A DNA stretch of 64,000 bases from Candidatus Omnitrophota bacterium (lineage in GTDB: Bacteria; Omnitrophota; Gorgyraeia; Duberdicusellales; 4484-171): the NCBI GenBank assembly GCA_003154195.1, contig PMCS01000009.1, positions 19,014 to 83,013 of the forward strand. Direction: 5' to 3'. A program made the translations under genes and the position numbers. The notes under the pieces were generated by a model. It was given only the letters and a program-made list of their open reading frames with translations. It was not told the DNA's origin and did not search any database. How positions within the stretch are numbered: position 1 is the stretch's first letter; each line of letters opens with the position of its first letter. Of this stretch, positions 40,779 to 50,563 are shown piece by piece.

Positions 40779-42866
40779 TCACAGGACTAAAAGCAAATCC
40801 TGGTATTTCGCCAGCGGCCAGAACTCCCACGCCACCACAGTCTCGGCGTAATCTACGGCCGCCCGTAATCCGCCTAACGCTTGGCTTCCTTTTTCGGCGT
40901 AGAGATGCGCTTTTTTAAATAAATCGTTTTCTTTTTCGCAAACCGCCAGCGCTTTTTCCAAACCGGCGATGCCGTCTTTAATCTCGTTGTATACTTTTTC
41001 AAGATTCTTAATGTCGGCGGCAATCGCTTTATTTTTTGCGCTGAACCGGGCCGCCTTACCGGCCAGGTTTATCTGTTGCAAAACGGCCGGTAAAATATAA
41101 GTTTCGGCGATTTCGCGCGCCGTTTTGAACTCGACATCTTTAAGCTTGATGTACATATCAAGTTTTATTTCCACCTTGGAATGCAATTCCCGCTCCGAAA
41201 GAATCTTGTATTTCGTAAATAGTTCGACCGCGGGTTTTTCGATTAACATCTCCAGGGCCGCCGGAGTGGTCTTCTTATTGGGTAGGCCTCTTTTTTCCGC
41301 TTCCTCGTGCCACTGGGCCGAATAGTTATTTCCCTCAAACCGCACCCGCTTGGTTTCCTTGATAATATCTTTCATCACCAGAAAAGCGTTGGTTTTGGCA
41401 TCGCCTTTCTTAGCCGATATCCTCCGGTTGATTTCATCGTAACCGTACGCTACCAGGAGATTCAACAGCGTAGCCGCTTCGGAACAATTTTGCGACGAGC
41501 CTACGGCCCGGAATTCAAATTTGTTGCCGGTAAAGGCGATCGGCGATGTGCGGTTACGGTCGGAGGTATCCTTGGCAACCCGGGGAAGATTTTGCACGCC
41601 GATATTGATATGTGATATTTTCTGCTCGGTTACCTTGCCGATCCCCTCGATTACATCGAGAATCGCATCAAGGTATTCCCCCAGATAAACCGACATAATC
41701 GCCGGCGGCGCTTCGTTGGCGCCGAGCCGATGGTCATTGCCGGCATCGGCGACTGCGGCGCGCAGCAAGCCGCCGTATTTATTGACGCCCAGTAAAATCG
41801 CGCCCAGCGTCATCAGAAAGCTCATATTTTGCCTGGGCGAAGATGAAGGCTCAAGATAGTTAACACCGGTGTCATCACCCAGCGACCAGTTAAAATGCTT
41901 GCCGGAACCGTTTACGCCGGCTAACGGCTTCTCGTGCAATACTGCTACCATATCATGCTTGTCGGCAACCTTGGTGATAATATCCATCAACTGCAGATTA
42001 TGGTCAACCGCCAGATTAAGCTCTTCGTAAAGCGGCGCTATCTCAAATTGGTTGGGCGATACTTCATTATGCCGCGTCTTAGACGGTATCCCGCGGCGGT
42101 ATAACTGGATATCGAATTCTTCCATAAACATGATTACTTTGTCTTTGATTGCCGCGAAATAATGGTCTTCCATCTGCTGGCCTTTTGCCGGCGGCGCGCC
42201 AAAAAGCGTCCGGTTGCAAACCTTTAAATCAGGGCGCCTGGCGCAAAGCTTTTTAGAAAAAAGAAAATATTCCTGTTCCGGCCCGGCGAAAACCTTGATT
42301 CTTTTCGCGGCGGTATTGCCTAATAATTTCTGCAGCTTCAAAGCGGAATCGTTCAATGCCTTCATCGAACGAAGCATTGGCGTTTTTAAATCAAGCACGT
42401 CGCCGGTCCACGATAAAAATACGGAAGGGATAACCAGGGTTTTTGTGTCGCCCGCTTCCAATAAAAACGCCGGGCTGGTAGGGTCCCAGGCGGTATAGCC
42501 TCTGGCCTCAAACGTGGAACGGATTCCTCCCGAAGGAAAGGAAGAGGCGTCCGGCTCCGACTGGATGAGCTGCTTGGCCGAAAAACGTTCGATGATTTCA
42601 CCGTCTTCGCCGTAAGTGATAAAGGCGTCGTGTTTCTCGGCGGTGCCGCCGCGCTGCGGCTGGAACCAATGGGTAAAATGCGTCGCCCCGTTTTCCAACG
42701 CCCATTCCTTCATCGCGTGAGCAACATCCGGCGCGATTGCTTCATCCAAGGGCTGGCCGTACTGTATCGTATCGATAAGCTTGGAATAAATGGTTTTACT
42801 CAGCTTAGACTTCATCACTTCCTTATTAAAGGTAAGCTCTCCGAATATCTTAGTTATGTCAGGCAT
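40779..42866 (-). CDS. Glutamine synthetase type III
   Basis: HWFQP, TAEKHD, EPDASSFPSGG, NGSGKH, RLGANEAPP, DRNRTSP. Confidence 0.96.
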   Translation of the reverse strand: MPDITKIFGELTFNKEVMKSKLSKTIYSKLIDTIQYGQPLDEAIAPDVAHAMKEWALENGATHFTHWFQPQRGGTAEKHDAFITYGEDGEIIERFSAKQLIQSEPDASSFPSGGIRSTFEARGYTAWDPTSPAFLLEAGDTKTLVIPSVFLSWTGDVLDLKTPMLRSMKALNDSALKLQKLLGNTAAKRIKVFAGPEQEYFLFSKKLCARRPDLKVCNRTLFGAPPAKGQQMEDHYFAAIKDKVIMFMEEFDIQLYRRGIPSKTRHNEVSPNQFEIAPLYEELNLAVDHNLQLMDIITKVADKHDMVAVLHEKPLAGVNGSGKHFNWSLGDDTGVNYLEPSSSPRQNMSFLMTLGAILLGVNKYGGLLRAAVADAGNDHRLGANEAPPAIMSVYLGEYLDAILDVIEGIGKVTEQKISHINIGVQNLPRVAKDTSDRNRTSPIAFTGNKFEFRAVGSSQNCSEAATLLNLLVAYGYDEINRRISAKKGDAKTNAFLVMKDIIKETKRVRFEGNNYSAQWHEEAEKRGLPNKKTTPAALEMLIEKPAVELFTKYKILSERELHSKVEIKLDMYIKLKDVEFKTAREIAETYILPAVLQQINLAGKAARFSAKNKAIAADIKNLEKVYNEIKDGIAGLEKALAVCEKENDLFKKAHLYAEKGSQALGGLRAAVDYAETVVAWEFWPLAKYQDLLLVL

Positions 42867-43017
42867 ACAATCTCCTTCGCTAAAAGTTATAGTTACGATA
42901 CCTATTGAGCCATGCTTATGGCCAATAAAGCTACCGATATATTTCAGGAAAGTCTTATTTTAGCAGGGTTTTAAAGCAAATCAATCATTTTGCGTATCTT
43001 GGGGAATTATATTAATT

Positions 43018-43689
43018 TTACTGCGGCCGGTCGTTCAACAAAAGCAAGGTGAAACCTCCGTCGGCCCGTTGCCGTAAATAAGTTATTTGGGCATTTTCGA
43101 GATAAACACTAAGGCTATGGCCTAAAATTTTTTCAATCAGTTTCTTGCCGCATGTGCCATGCCCGACCAGAAGGATAGTTTTGTCTTTATACCAAAAACT
43201 TTTAACCAGATTCCGGTACAAATCCTCCACCTGCCGCGTCCCCTGCTCATAATAGTCGGACAAGTAATAACAGCGCTTACCTTCGACAAGGGAAAAGTAT
43301 TGGCGTTCGCCCGGCACCACATTCACCAACCGGCCGCTCAAGGCGCCCTTTGTCGGCGTAAAACCATGCTTACCGCTGGAACAACACTCGGCCAGTTCCG
43401 GCCAGATATAAGCGATAGCGCCGTGTTTTTTAAGATAAGGCAGGATGGTCAACCGGGCGCGGGTCAGCGGGCTTGCTAAAATAATGTCAAACTTAAACTT
43501 TTCCAGTTTGACGACGACATTCTGGGTCTGGCGGCGGCCGATGGCAGTCAGGGTATCGCCGTTATTCCCCGAATAATCGCCGCCGGCGTTGCCGATAGTT
43601 TCAGCGTGGCGAAGGAAAATAATATCAAGCGGAAAAACTTCTATCGACAGGCATAAAAACAGCAAAAAAAGGGATAATATTTTTTTCAT
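43018..43689 (-). CDS. Exported histidine phosphatase family protein
   Basis: Signal peptide, LRHAET, SPLTRA, VGHG. Confidence 0.85.
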   Translation of the reverse strand: MKKILSLFLLFLCLSIEVFPLDIIFLRHAETIGNAGGDYSGNNGDTLTAIGRRQTQNVVVKLEKFKFDIILASPLTRARLTILPYLKKHGAIAYIWPELAECCSSGKHGFTPTKGALSGRLVNVVPGERQYFSLVEGKRCYYLSDYYEQGTRQVEDLYRNLVKSFWYKDKTILLVGHGTCGKKLIEKILGHSLSVYLENAQITYLRQRADGGFTLLLLNDRPQ

Positions 43690-43724
43690 TGAGAGATTAT
43701 AAATAAAAACGTTTAATTTGAAAA

Positions 43725-44240
43725 TTACTTTTTTGCCGTCACCGTGATTTTGTCACCGGTGATCTTAGCATTGGGAATAATAATTTTTTTGTTATTGTCG
43801 CCGGCGATAATAGTGCTGAATATTTGTATTTCCTTTACCTCTCCGCTTGCTCCGTCCGCTTCAATAAAATCTCCTACCTCGAACGGATGGAGTATCACAA
43901 TCATCACCCCCGCGGCAAAATTAGCCAGCGAACCCTGAAAAGCCAAGCCGATCGCCAGGCCGGCGGCACCGACCAAGGCGACAAAAGAAGTCGTCTCTAC
44001 CCCCAGCTTATTAAGGACGGCGATAAATACAAAAATCAGCAGAGTAAAATATGTAATGTTTTTTAAAAAGCTTACGAGCGTTCTGTTTAGTTTGGTTTTG
44101 CGCAACGATTTCTCTACCAGATTAGCAACAATAAGGGCTAACCACCGTCCGAAAACAAAGATGACTATTGCAAAAATAATCTTCATGCCGTAGTCAACGA
44201 CTAACAAGCGCGCTTTGTCAACCAAAGCTATATTGTCCAT
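43725..44240 (-). CDS. Short MscS-family mechanosensitive channel
   Basis: GAAGLAIGLAFQGSLANFAAG, PFEVGDFI, IIIPN. Confidence 0.88.
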   Translation of the reverse strand: MDNIALVDKARLLVVDYGMKIIFAIVIFVFGRWLALIVANLVEKSLRKTKLNRTLVSFLKNITYFTLLIFVFIAVLNKLGVETTSFVALVGAAGLAIGLAFQGSLANFAAGVMIVILHPFEVGDFIEADGASGEVKEIQIFSTIIAGDNNKKIIIPNAKITGDKITVTAKK

Positions 44241-44302
44241 ACTCCCTCCTCCCTAAATCAGGGGTTCTGTCAAAATCTTACCTTAAAAAAATCGTAATAT
44301 CG

Positions 44303-45490
44303 CTATCGCGTCAATCCCGCCACAAATCCCGACGCCCAGGCCCAGGCCAGATTATAACCGCCACGCGGGGCTTTGATATCGATAATCTCGCCACAGAAAT
44401 AAAGATTTTTGACGATGGCCGATTCCAGGGTGCCGATTTTAATCTGCGACACTTCGACTCCTCCGTCGGTAAATTCCGCCTCGTTCCAGCCCCGGGTGCC
44501 GGAAACTTTAAACCGCCGGTCTTTCAGGACGGCGGCAATCGTATCCGCGTCGCCACCCCCGGCTAACTCCTTGGAAACTATCCGGAACTTATTGGGCAAG
44601 ATGCCGGTAAATAAATCTTCCCGTGAAAAGCCTTTGCTTAACCGCCGCTTAAATTCTGCGGCTAACGCGTCTTTATCCATAAACGGCGCCATATCCACCG
44701 ATATTTCTATATCACGGCCATAGCCGCGGTGGATCGCGCAGGATACCGGCCGGCTCATATCGATAATTGCCGTTCCCGATAAACCGTATTTAGTAAAAAT
44801 CAACTCGCCGTCGGCGATAGAAACTACTTTACCGTCGACGATGCCCTTAACCCCGGCGAATATTTTCTGGCCCTGCAAGAGATGACAAAAAGGATCTTTT
44901 GCCGTTAACGCGACGGAAACCGGCATCGGCGTAATAATCTTATGGCCGAGGCCAGCCGCCAGGTCATAGCAGCTTCCGTCCGAACCTAATGCCGGATAAG
45001 TCCTGCCGCCGCCGGCAATAAGCAGTTTTCCACAAAAAACCTTTTTGCCGTTTTTCGCCAGGACGGCATAACCGCCGTCTACTTTGGATATTTCACTTAC
45101 TTCAAAGTTTAACTCGACTGGCACCGCCAGATTTTTTATTTCGATTTCCAGAACGCTTAAAACCGAAGATGCCTGGTTGGTAACGGGAAAAATACGGCCG
45201 TCCTGCGAATAGACGGTTAACCCCAAATCTTTAAAAAATTCGATTATTTTTTCTTTTCCGAATTGGTAAAAAATCGATTCGACCAGCCCTTGCGCCTGCG
45301 GATTATAAAAAGACGGTCCGATGTTGTCGTTGGCAAGGTTACACCTTCCGCCGCCTGAAGCTAATATCTTCTTACCGGCAACCGGCATCCGTTCGCAGAT
45401 TAAAACCGTTTTATTTTTCCTTGCGGCGCTTATCGCGGCCACCAAGCCGCTCGCCCCCGCGCCGATAATCACGATGTCGTATTTTTTCAT
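44303..45490 (-). CDS. BaiN/YhiN (HI0933) flavoprotein
   Basis: GAGASG, GKKILASGGGRCN, GGYNLAWA. Confidence 0.93.
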   Translation of the reverse strand: MKKYDIVIIGAGASGLVAAISAARKNKTVLICERMPVAGKKILASGGGRCNLANDNIGPSFYNPQAQGLVESIFYQFGKEKIIEFFKDLGLTVYSQDGRIFPVTNQASSVLSVLEIEIKNLAVPVELNFEVSEISKVDGGYAVLAKNGKKVFCGKLLIAGGGRTYPALGSDGSCYDLAAGLGHKIITPMPVSVALTAKDPFCHLLQGQKIFAGVKGIVDGKVVSIADGELIFTKYGLSGTAIIDMSRPVSCAIHRGYGRDIEISVDMAPFMDKDALAAEFKRRLSKGFSREDLFTGILPNKFRIVSKELAGGGDADTIAAVLKDRRFKVSGTRGWNEAEFTDGGVEVSQIKIGTLESAIVKNLYFCGEIIDIKAPRGGYNLAWAWASGFVAGLTR

Positions 45491-45584
45491 ATCGTTTGGA
45501 GAAAAATAAACCACGAAATACTTTTATCCTCAGATTATAGCGATTATCAGATTACAAACAAAAACAAGACCAAAAAATATCTAG

Positions 45585-45706
45585 TCCACAGATTACTCGA
45601 ATTGTCACAGACAAACACGAAATACACGAAAAAAATAATATTGCTTATGCCTATCGGTGATAAAAACTTAATTTCTTAATCCGTGAAAATCTGCGTAATC
45701 TGTGGA
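45585..45706. repeat. ATCTG-family inverted-repeat element
   Basis: TCCACAGATTAC...GTAATCTGTGGA; related arms at 40680-40778, 54248-54286, 55111-55140, 58351-58380. Confidence 0.8.
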
Positions 45707-45747
45707 TGAAAATATTTTTAGTTTTTAATTCTATCCGGGTCTATCAT

Positions 45748-46212
45748 TTACCTGTCTTTCTTTTCATTATCCTCGATTTTTTCCACATCGATAACATTAT
45801 CGTATTCGTTTCTCTCCGGCCCGGGCGAAGCGGAATATGTTGTTTTATGAAAACAAAAAGTTTTTCCGGCCTTCGGCCTGGTAAAAGCATCCGCGACAGA
45901 GCTGATAACGCTGAACCACAACGCGCCCCAGAATGCCGCCCAAAAGTCAACGACATTAAACCCTTTCACCAGCTTCGCGGCCAGGTAAAACATAAAACCG
46001 TTGATGAAAAAAGTAAAAATTCCCAGTGAAAATATATTCAGCGGTAGTGTCAACGCCAATATCAACGGCCGCAAAAACGCGTTAACCAGGCCCAGGGTCA
46101 AAGCCGCCACCGCCAGCGTGTCCCAGTGGTCAACGGTTATTCCGGGTGAGATTTTTATCACCAAGAACAAAACCAGGATATTAAGAAACCATTTTATAAT
46201 AAATTTGTCCAT
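45748..46212 (-). CDS. YvlD/4-TMS phage-holin-family membrane protein
   Basis: LVNAFLRPL, TLPLNIFSLGIF. Confidence 0.85.
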   Translation of the reverse strand: MDKFIIKWFLNILVLFLVIKISPGITVDHWDTLAVAALTLGLVNAFLRPLILALTLPLNIFSLGIFTFFINGFMFYLAAKLVKGFNVVDFWAAFWGALWFSVISSVADAFTRPKAGKTFCFHKTTYSASPGPERNEYDNVIDVEKIEDNEKKDR

Positions 46213-46401
46213 AGACTAAACTCTCTTAGCCGCAAAGACACCAAGGCACTAAGATTATAAATGCGTTATTTAATTTTAAATTGTTAATTGGTCATTTGCC
46301 ATTTTAAATTTTTAAAAATGATAAATGCTCAATGCCTGATGATAATTTTAAAATGAATTAATTATTGGTTTTGGTGTCTTTGTGCATTGGTGGCTGATTC
46401 T

Positions 46402-47403
46402 TTATTGTTCCACGTTTATTTCCCTTAAATACTTCGCGTTTTTTTCGGGAAGGCTGGTATTAATATACATCCCCGAACCGAATTCAAAACCCAGAGAGGA
46501 GTTGACTCGTGGGATCAGGCTGATATACCAGTGAAAATAAGCGGTATTTTTTTCTTTGGTAGGGATGGAACGTACCGTATAATTATAATCCGGGTTATTT
46601 AAACCACGGTAGACCTTCATCAGGGTAACCTTTAAGACCTTCGCCAGGTCTCTTATTTCTTCTTCGTCAATCTCGGAAAACGACGCCATGTGCCGTTTGG
46701 GAAAAATCCAGAGATGAAACGGCGAAAACGCGGCATAGGGCACGAAGGAAACAAATTTAGCGCTCTCCAGCACTATCCTCTCCTTAGCCCTCAACTCATC
46801 GGCTAAGCAATTACAGAATACGCATCGGCCGGTATCGTCAAAATAACCGGTTGCGTGCTCCAACCTTGTCCTTACCTGTGGCGGCACGATGGGCGTGGCG
46901 ATAATCTGGGAGTAAGCGTGCTCGATCGATGAGCCGGAAATCAAACCGTGGTTTTTAAAAATGGTAACCGCTTCGATATTTTTATCGCGGCCTAAAACTT
47001 CATACCGGTTTTTATAAGCGCGCAAAATATTAGAAACATCTTCTTCGGAAGCAAAGGCGATAAGAAAATTGTGCTTAGGGTGCTCAATAACGATCTCATG
47101 CGCCCCATAACCGGCCATAGAGTGGAACGTCCCGTTAACCACTCTCTCCCCTTTCCCCGCGGCTGAAAGGACGCCGAATTTATTTGGCACCACCTTTACC
47201 CGCCAACCCTTGCCTGAACCGAGGCAAAAAAGTTCCTGCTCAACCCGGCTTTCATTTCCCGGGCAAAACAAGCAATCGCTCTTATGCTCCGTGATCTGGC
47301 GGTCGGCTTTACGATTATCGACATAATCCCGGGGAGTTAACCCCTTATCGGATGCGATGATAACCCATTCCCGCGATATTAAATTCTGCCGTATTTCGGA
47401 CAT
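46402..47403 (-). CDS. GalT/DUF4931-family nucleotidyltransferase homolog with altered active site
   Basis: CLFCPGNE, VVPNKF, GAHEIVIE, FKNHG, EHAYSQ instead of HPHxQ, FHWY. Confidence 0.85.
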   Translation of the reverse strand: MSEIRQNLISREWVIIASDKGLTPRDYVDNRKADRQITEHKSDCLFCPGNESRVEQELFCLGSGKGWRVKVVPNKFGVLSAAGKGERVVNGTFHSMAGYGAHEIVIEHPKHNFLIAFASEEDVSNILRAYKNRYEVLGRDKNIEAVTIFKNHGLISGSSIEHAYSQIIATPIVPPQVRTRLEHATGYFDDTGRCVFCNCLADELRAKERIVLESAKFVSFVPYAAFSPFHLWIFPKRHMASFSEIDEEEIRDLAKVLKVTLMKVYRGLNNPDYNYTVRSIPTKEKNTAYFHWYISLIPRVNSSLGFEFGSGMYINTSLPEKNAKYLREINVEQ

Positions 47404-47717
47404 AGGTATCTCCTACCAATCGATTATTTTATAGTTTTATTTCTCTTCCACCGGCCGGGATTATTCGAATATTATCTTTTCCGTATAACGATAATTATAC
47501 CTTCATCCCTGTTTTCGGCAAAGGAATATTTATCAAAAAACATTACGACAATATAAGCGAAATAACGGCAAGTAGAAGTCATTTACCTCTTGACACATTA
47601 TTATTTTTAGAATACTATTAAAATAACTTTTTTCGGATCAATTTACGAACAAAAGCTTTACACATTTTCATCCGCGAAGCGGATGATATTTATTTTTTTA
47701 CGAAGTAAAAAAATAAT

Positions 47718-48290
47718 ATGGAAATACACGAAAAAATAAAACTCATCCGCCGGCAAAAAAAACTAAAGCTCGCCGATGTCCATCGTACGATTAAAAAGAT
47801 ATTCCGGGATAACGCCGTGACCTACCGCACGCTCCAGCGAATCGAAGCGGGCGAACCGGGCGGCAAAGAAACTTCTCTCTACCAGGTCTGCGTCGGGCTG
47901 GATATCACCTCCCGGGAATTAAAAGAAAGTACCGAAGAAAAATCATCTCTCGCCGAACATACTAAAAGGTATAACCGTTATGGCCGCCATTACTTTGACA
48001 AAAATACTTACGCCGAGATTCTCACCGGCCGGCACGAACCCTTCACCGCTCTATTTTATTCGGTAAAAAAGGGGCAAAAAACTAAAACCGAGGTAAGTTC
48101 CGGCGATATAAAAGAAAAATGCCGCGAATGGCTTTTTGTACTCAAGGGAGGGATAATCGCCGTAGTCGGCGAAAAAAAATGGCGACTGGCAAAAGGCGAC
48201 TGCCTCTCTTTTGAGGGTCATGCCCCGCACTACTTCGAAAACCGGTCCGGCAAAGACGCTTCGTTTATCCTCGTCCGCTGCCCTAAATAA
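47718..48290 (+). CDS. XRE-HTH + cupin transcriptional regulator
   Basis: N-terminal HTH (TLQRIEAG), cupin GDCLSF..PHYFEN. Confidence 0.85.
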   Translation: MEIHEKIKLIRRQKKLKLADVHRTIKKIFRDNAVTYRTLQRIEAGEPGGKETSLYQVCVGLDITSRELKESTEEKSSLAEHTKRYNRYGRHYFDKNTYAEILTGRHEPFTALFYSVKKGQKTKTEVSSGDIKEKCREWLFVLKGGIIAVVGEKKWRLAKGDCLSFEGHAPHYFENRSGKDASFILVRCPK

Positions 48291-48383
48291 CAAAACCCCT
48301 TGACAATGCAAAATTAGGAAGTATAGTATCATTTCGTCAATATTATAGCGGACAAAAGCATCTATCAAGCCAAGGAGATTGCA

Positions 48384-48626
48384 ATGAGCAGGCGCTGCGT
48401 TATCTGTCATAAAAAAACGTTATACGGCAATTCCATTACCCGGCGCGGTATGGCCAAAGCAAAAGGCGGCGTGGGTAAAAAGATTACCGGTACCACCAAA
48501 AGAAAATTCTTCCCCAATCTGCAAAAACGCAGAATAATTATCGAGGGTAAGCTTACCCGCGCCTTCGTCTGCGTAAAATGCATCAAGGGCGGCAAAGCAA
48601 TATTCCCCACCAAAAAAACAGTGTAA
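48384..48626 (+). CDS. rpmB: 50S ribosomal protein L28
   Basis: MSRRCVIC, TKRKFFPNLQ, VCVKCIK; TTGACA promoter at 48300. Confidence 0.96.
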   Translation: MSRRCVICHKKTLYGNSITRRGMAKAKGGVGKKITGTTKRKFFPNLQKRRIIIEGKLTRAFVCVKCIKGGKAIFPTKKTV

Positions 48627-48649
48627 CCTACAAATAGTACGTCAACCGC

Positions 48650-48683
48650 AATCCTGCTGGAGTTCGATCTGGCGGGATTTTTT
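48650..48683 (+). terminator. Intrinsic terminator after rpmB
   Basis: ATCCTGCTGGA..TCTGGCGGGAT followed by T tract. Confidence 0.7.
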
Positions 48684-48803
48684 GTTTCTAACCCTTCAAA
48701 AACAAAAATTTTCACCACAAAACACACAGTCTGCTTGCGGGCTTTGCGCCTTTGCGGGAAAATGCTTCTGGAAATAAAACGAGGTTTGCTTTATAATACA
48801 TCC

Positions 48804-49379
48804 ATGCGGATAAAAATAGCCGTCGCATTATCTTTCCTCATTCTTTTCTGCGGATGCGCTTACCTGAGCTACGTCAAAGACCCCTTCGCCGGCATCCCCG
48901 CCTTCGCCAGAGTAAACGATAATCTCTACCGCGGCGGATACCCAAAAGCCAGGGGATACGCGGAACTTAAAAAAATCGGCGTTAAGACAATCGTAAACTT
49001 AAGCGGTAAGAATAAATATTCGCAGTCTGAGCAAAAGGCTTGCGTGGAATACGGCTTTAATTTTGTCCATATCCCCTTAAGCGTCTACACCTGGCCGGAA
49101 GACGAAAAAGTGCTGAAATTTTTAGAAACAATCCTCAATCCCGCTAACCAGCCGGTATTCGTCCACTGCGGCAATGGGCGGGATTGCACCGGCGCGATGA
49201 TTTCCGTTTATCGGGTAATTCTGGAGCACAAAGGCCCCAAGGAAGCCTATAGAGAAGCTCTAAGCTACGGCTTCTGGCCCTATCGCGGGGAAGTAGTGTT
49301 GAAAAGGTATATTCACCAGTTGAAAGACCGGAAGGTTTTTTACGATTTCGTGGAAAAATATAAACCGCAGAATCAATAA
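48804..49379 (+). CDS. Lipoprotein of dual-specificity/tyrosine phosphatase family
   Basis: Lipobox FCGC, LYRGGYP, VFVHCGNGRDCTG. Confidence 0.85.
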   Translation: MRIKIAVALSFLILFCGCAYLSYVKDPFAGIPAFARVNDNLYRGGYPKARGYAELKKIGVKTIVNLSGKNKYSQSEQKACVEYGFNFVHIPLSVYTWPEDEKVLKFLETILNPANQPVFVHCGNGRDCTGAMISVYRVILEHKGPKEAYREALSYGFWPYRGEVVLKRYIHQLKDRKVFYDFVEKYKPQNQ

Positions 49380-49529
49380 AAAATTAGTTAAAAAACCAAA
49401 AACTGCAACCACATGATTACACAGATTTCACTGATTTCAGATTGATTTTGTATTTTTTTACATTATCGGAATTTGTATTTTTCAGTGTAATCGGTGGAAT
49501 CTTGTGGTTAAAATTCATGGGGACATGCA

Positions 49530-49895
49530 ATGACTTTATTTCGTAAAAATTTTTTAGTTCTCTTCATGGTTACATTATTCTTTTCCGTTCCCAACGCCTA
49601 TGCCCTGTCCACCCCGCATCACCTTTACGTTATTTCCCGTAAATTGGTAGAAACCGTCGGCGGGACGTTTTACGGCATCTTTGTCCAGGGGCCGAAAAAC
49701 GTTAAAACCGCCTACCACGCCGAAGTGTGGGAACAGGAAAAACCGGAAAAACGGGGAAAATTAAAGTATAAAACGGTTGGGGTATTGCGCGCGCCGGGAG
49801 AAGAAGCCAAAGGCATCATCGACGGCATCACCGACAGCGTGAAATCCCTGGGCAGTGCCGGCAAAGAATTCATCTCGATCTTCTTCGGGGATTAA
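49530..49895 (+). CDS. Hypothetical exported protein
   Basis: Signal peptide ending AYA. Confidence 0.65.
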   Translation: MTLFRKNFLVLFMVTLFFSVPNAYALSTPHHLYVISRKLVETVGGTFYGIFVQGPKNVKTAYHAEVWEQEKPEKRGKLKYKTVGVLRAPGEEAKGIIDGITDSVKSLGSAGKEFISIFFGD

Positions 49896-49935
49896 TCCCA
49901 AATAATGAGTTTTTCAAACCCATTATTTGGGATTA
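49893..49935. repeat. Inverted repeat, possible terminator
   Basis: 15-bp perfect arms TAATCCCAAATAATG / CATTATTTGGGATTA. Confidence 0.7.
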
Positions 49936-50017
49936 GTATTTTTTAATATTTTTGTATTATTATAATTTGACAAAATATGATTTTTATGGTATATTTTAGT
50001 TGAAGGAGTTAATACTT

Positions 50018-50287
50018 ATGCTAAGAAAGCTCGGTCAAAACTATCAAATTGCTTTACCGCGTTCTTTTGTCGCCGCGCTGCACCTGCGTGCCAACGACTA
50101 TCTGGATATCGAAATAAAAGATAATAAGATAATTATCGAACCGCAGGTGATGATACCTAAGGCCCAGGCCTACTTCTACACCCCCGAATGGCAAAAGGAA
50201 GAAGCTTGCGCTGACGCCGACATAAAGAGCGGAAAAACCACCAAAACCAAAAATATAAAAGAGTTGTTTGATGAACTGGATAAATAA
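50018..50287 (+). CDS. AbrB/MazE-type antitoxin
   Basis: QIALPR..LHL..NDYLDI..IIIEP; promoter TTGACA-17-TATATT at 49967-49995; SD AAGGAG. Confidence 0.8.
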   Translation: MLRKLGQNYQIALPRSFVAALHLRANDYLDIEIKDNKIIIEPQVMIPKAQAYFYTPEWQKEEACADADIKSGKTTKTKNIKELFDELDK

Positions 50288-50544
50288 TGCATATCGAAGC
50301 AACCCCTACTTTTATCCGGCTCTATAAAAAACTGCCGCCGGAAATCAAAGAACGCGCTAAAAAAATCCTGGAACTTCTGGAAACTAACCCTTCCTACCCC
50401 TCATTAGGCCATAAAAAAATGGCAGGGCAAACCGATATTTACGAAATCCGCGTATCCGACAACTACCGCATAACCTATCAAAGAATCGGCTCAACCGCGT
50501 ACTTGCGCAAAATCGGCACGCATAATCTTCTACAAAACCCCTGA
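50287..50544 (+). CDS. RelE/ParE-superfamily toxin
   Basis: FIRLYKKL, NPSYPSL, YEIRV..YRI, IGTH; TAATG coupling to antitoxin. Confidence 0.85.
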   Translation: MHIEATPTFIRLYKKLPPEIKERAKKILELLETNPSYPSLGHKKMAGQTDIYEIRVSDNYRITYQRIGSTAYLRKIGTHNLLQNP

Positions 50545-50563
50545 GAAATAAGTATTTTTCTGG

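Noticed and set aside
42870-42960. Sigma54 promoter or glnA riboswitch upstream of GSIII
   Set aside because: TTGGCC is present but no properly spaced -12 TGC; no glnA RNA motif recognised.
45748-46212. Holin as evidence of a prophage
   Set aside because: YvlD-type family is common in chromosomes; no other phage genes nearby.
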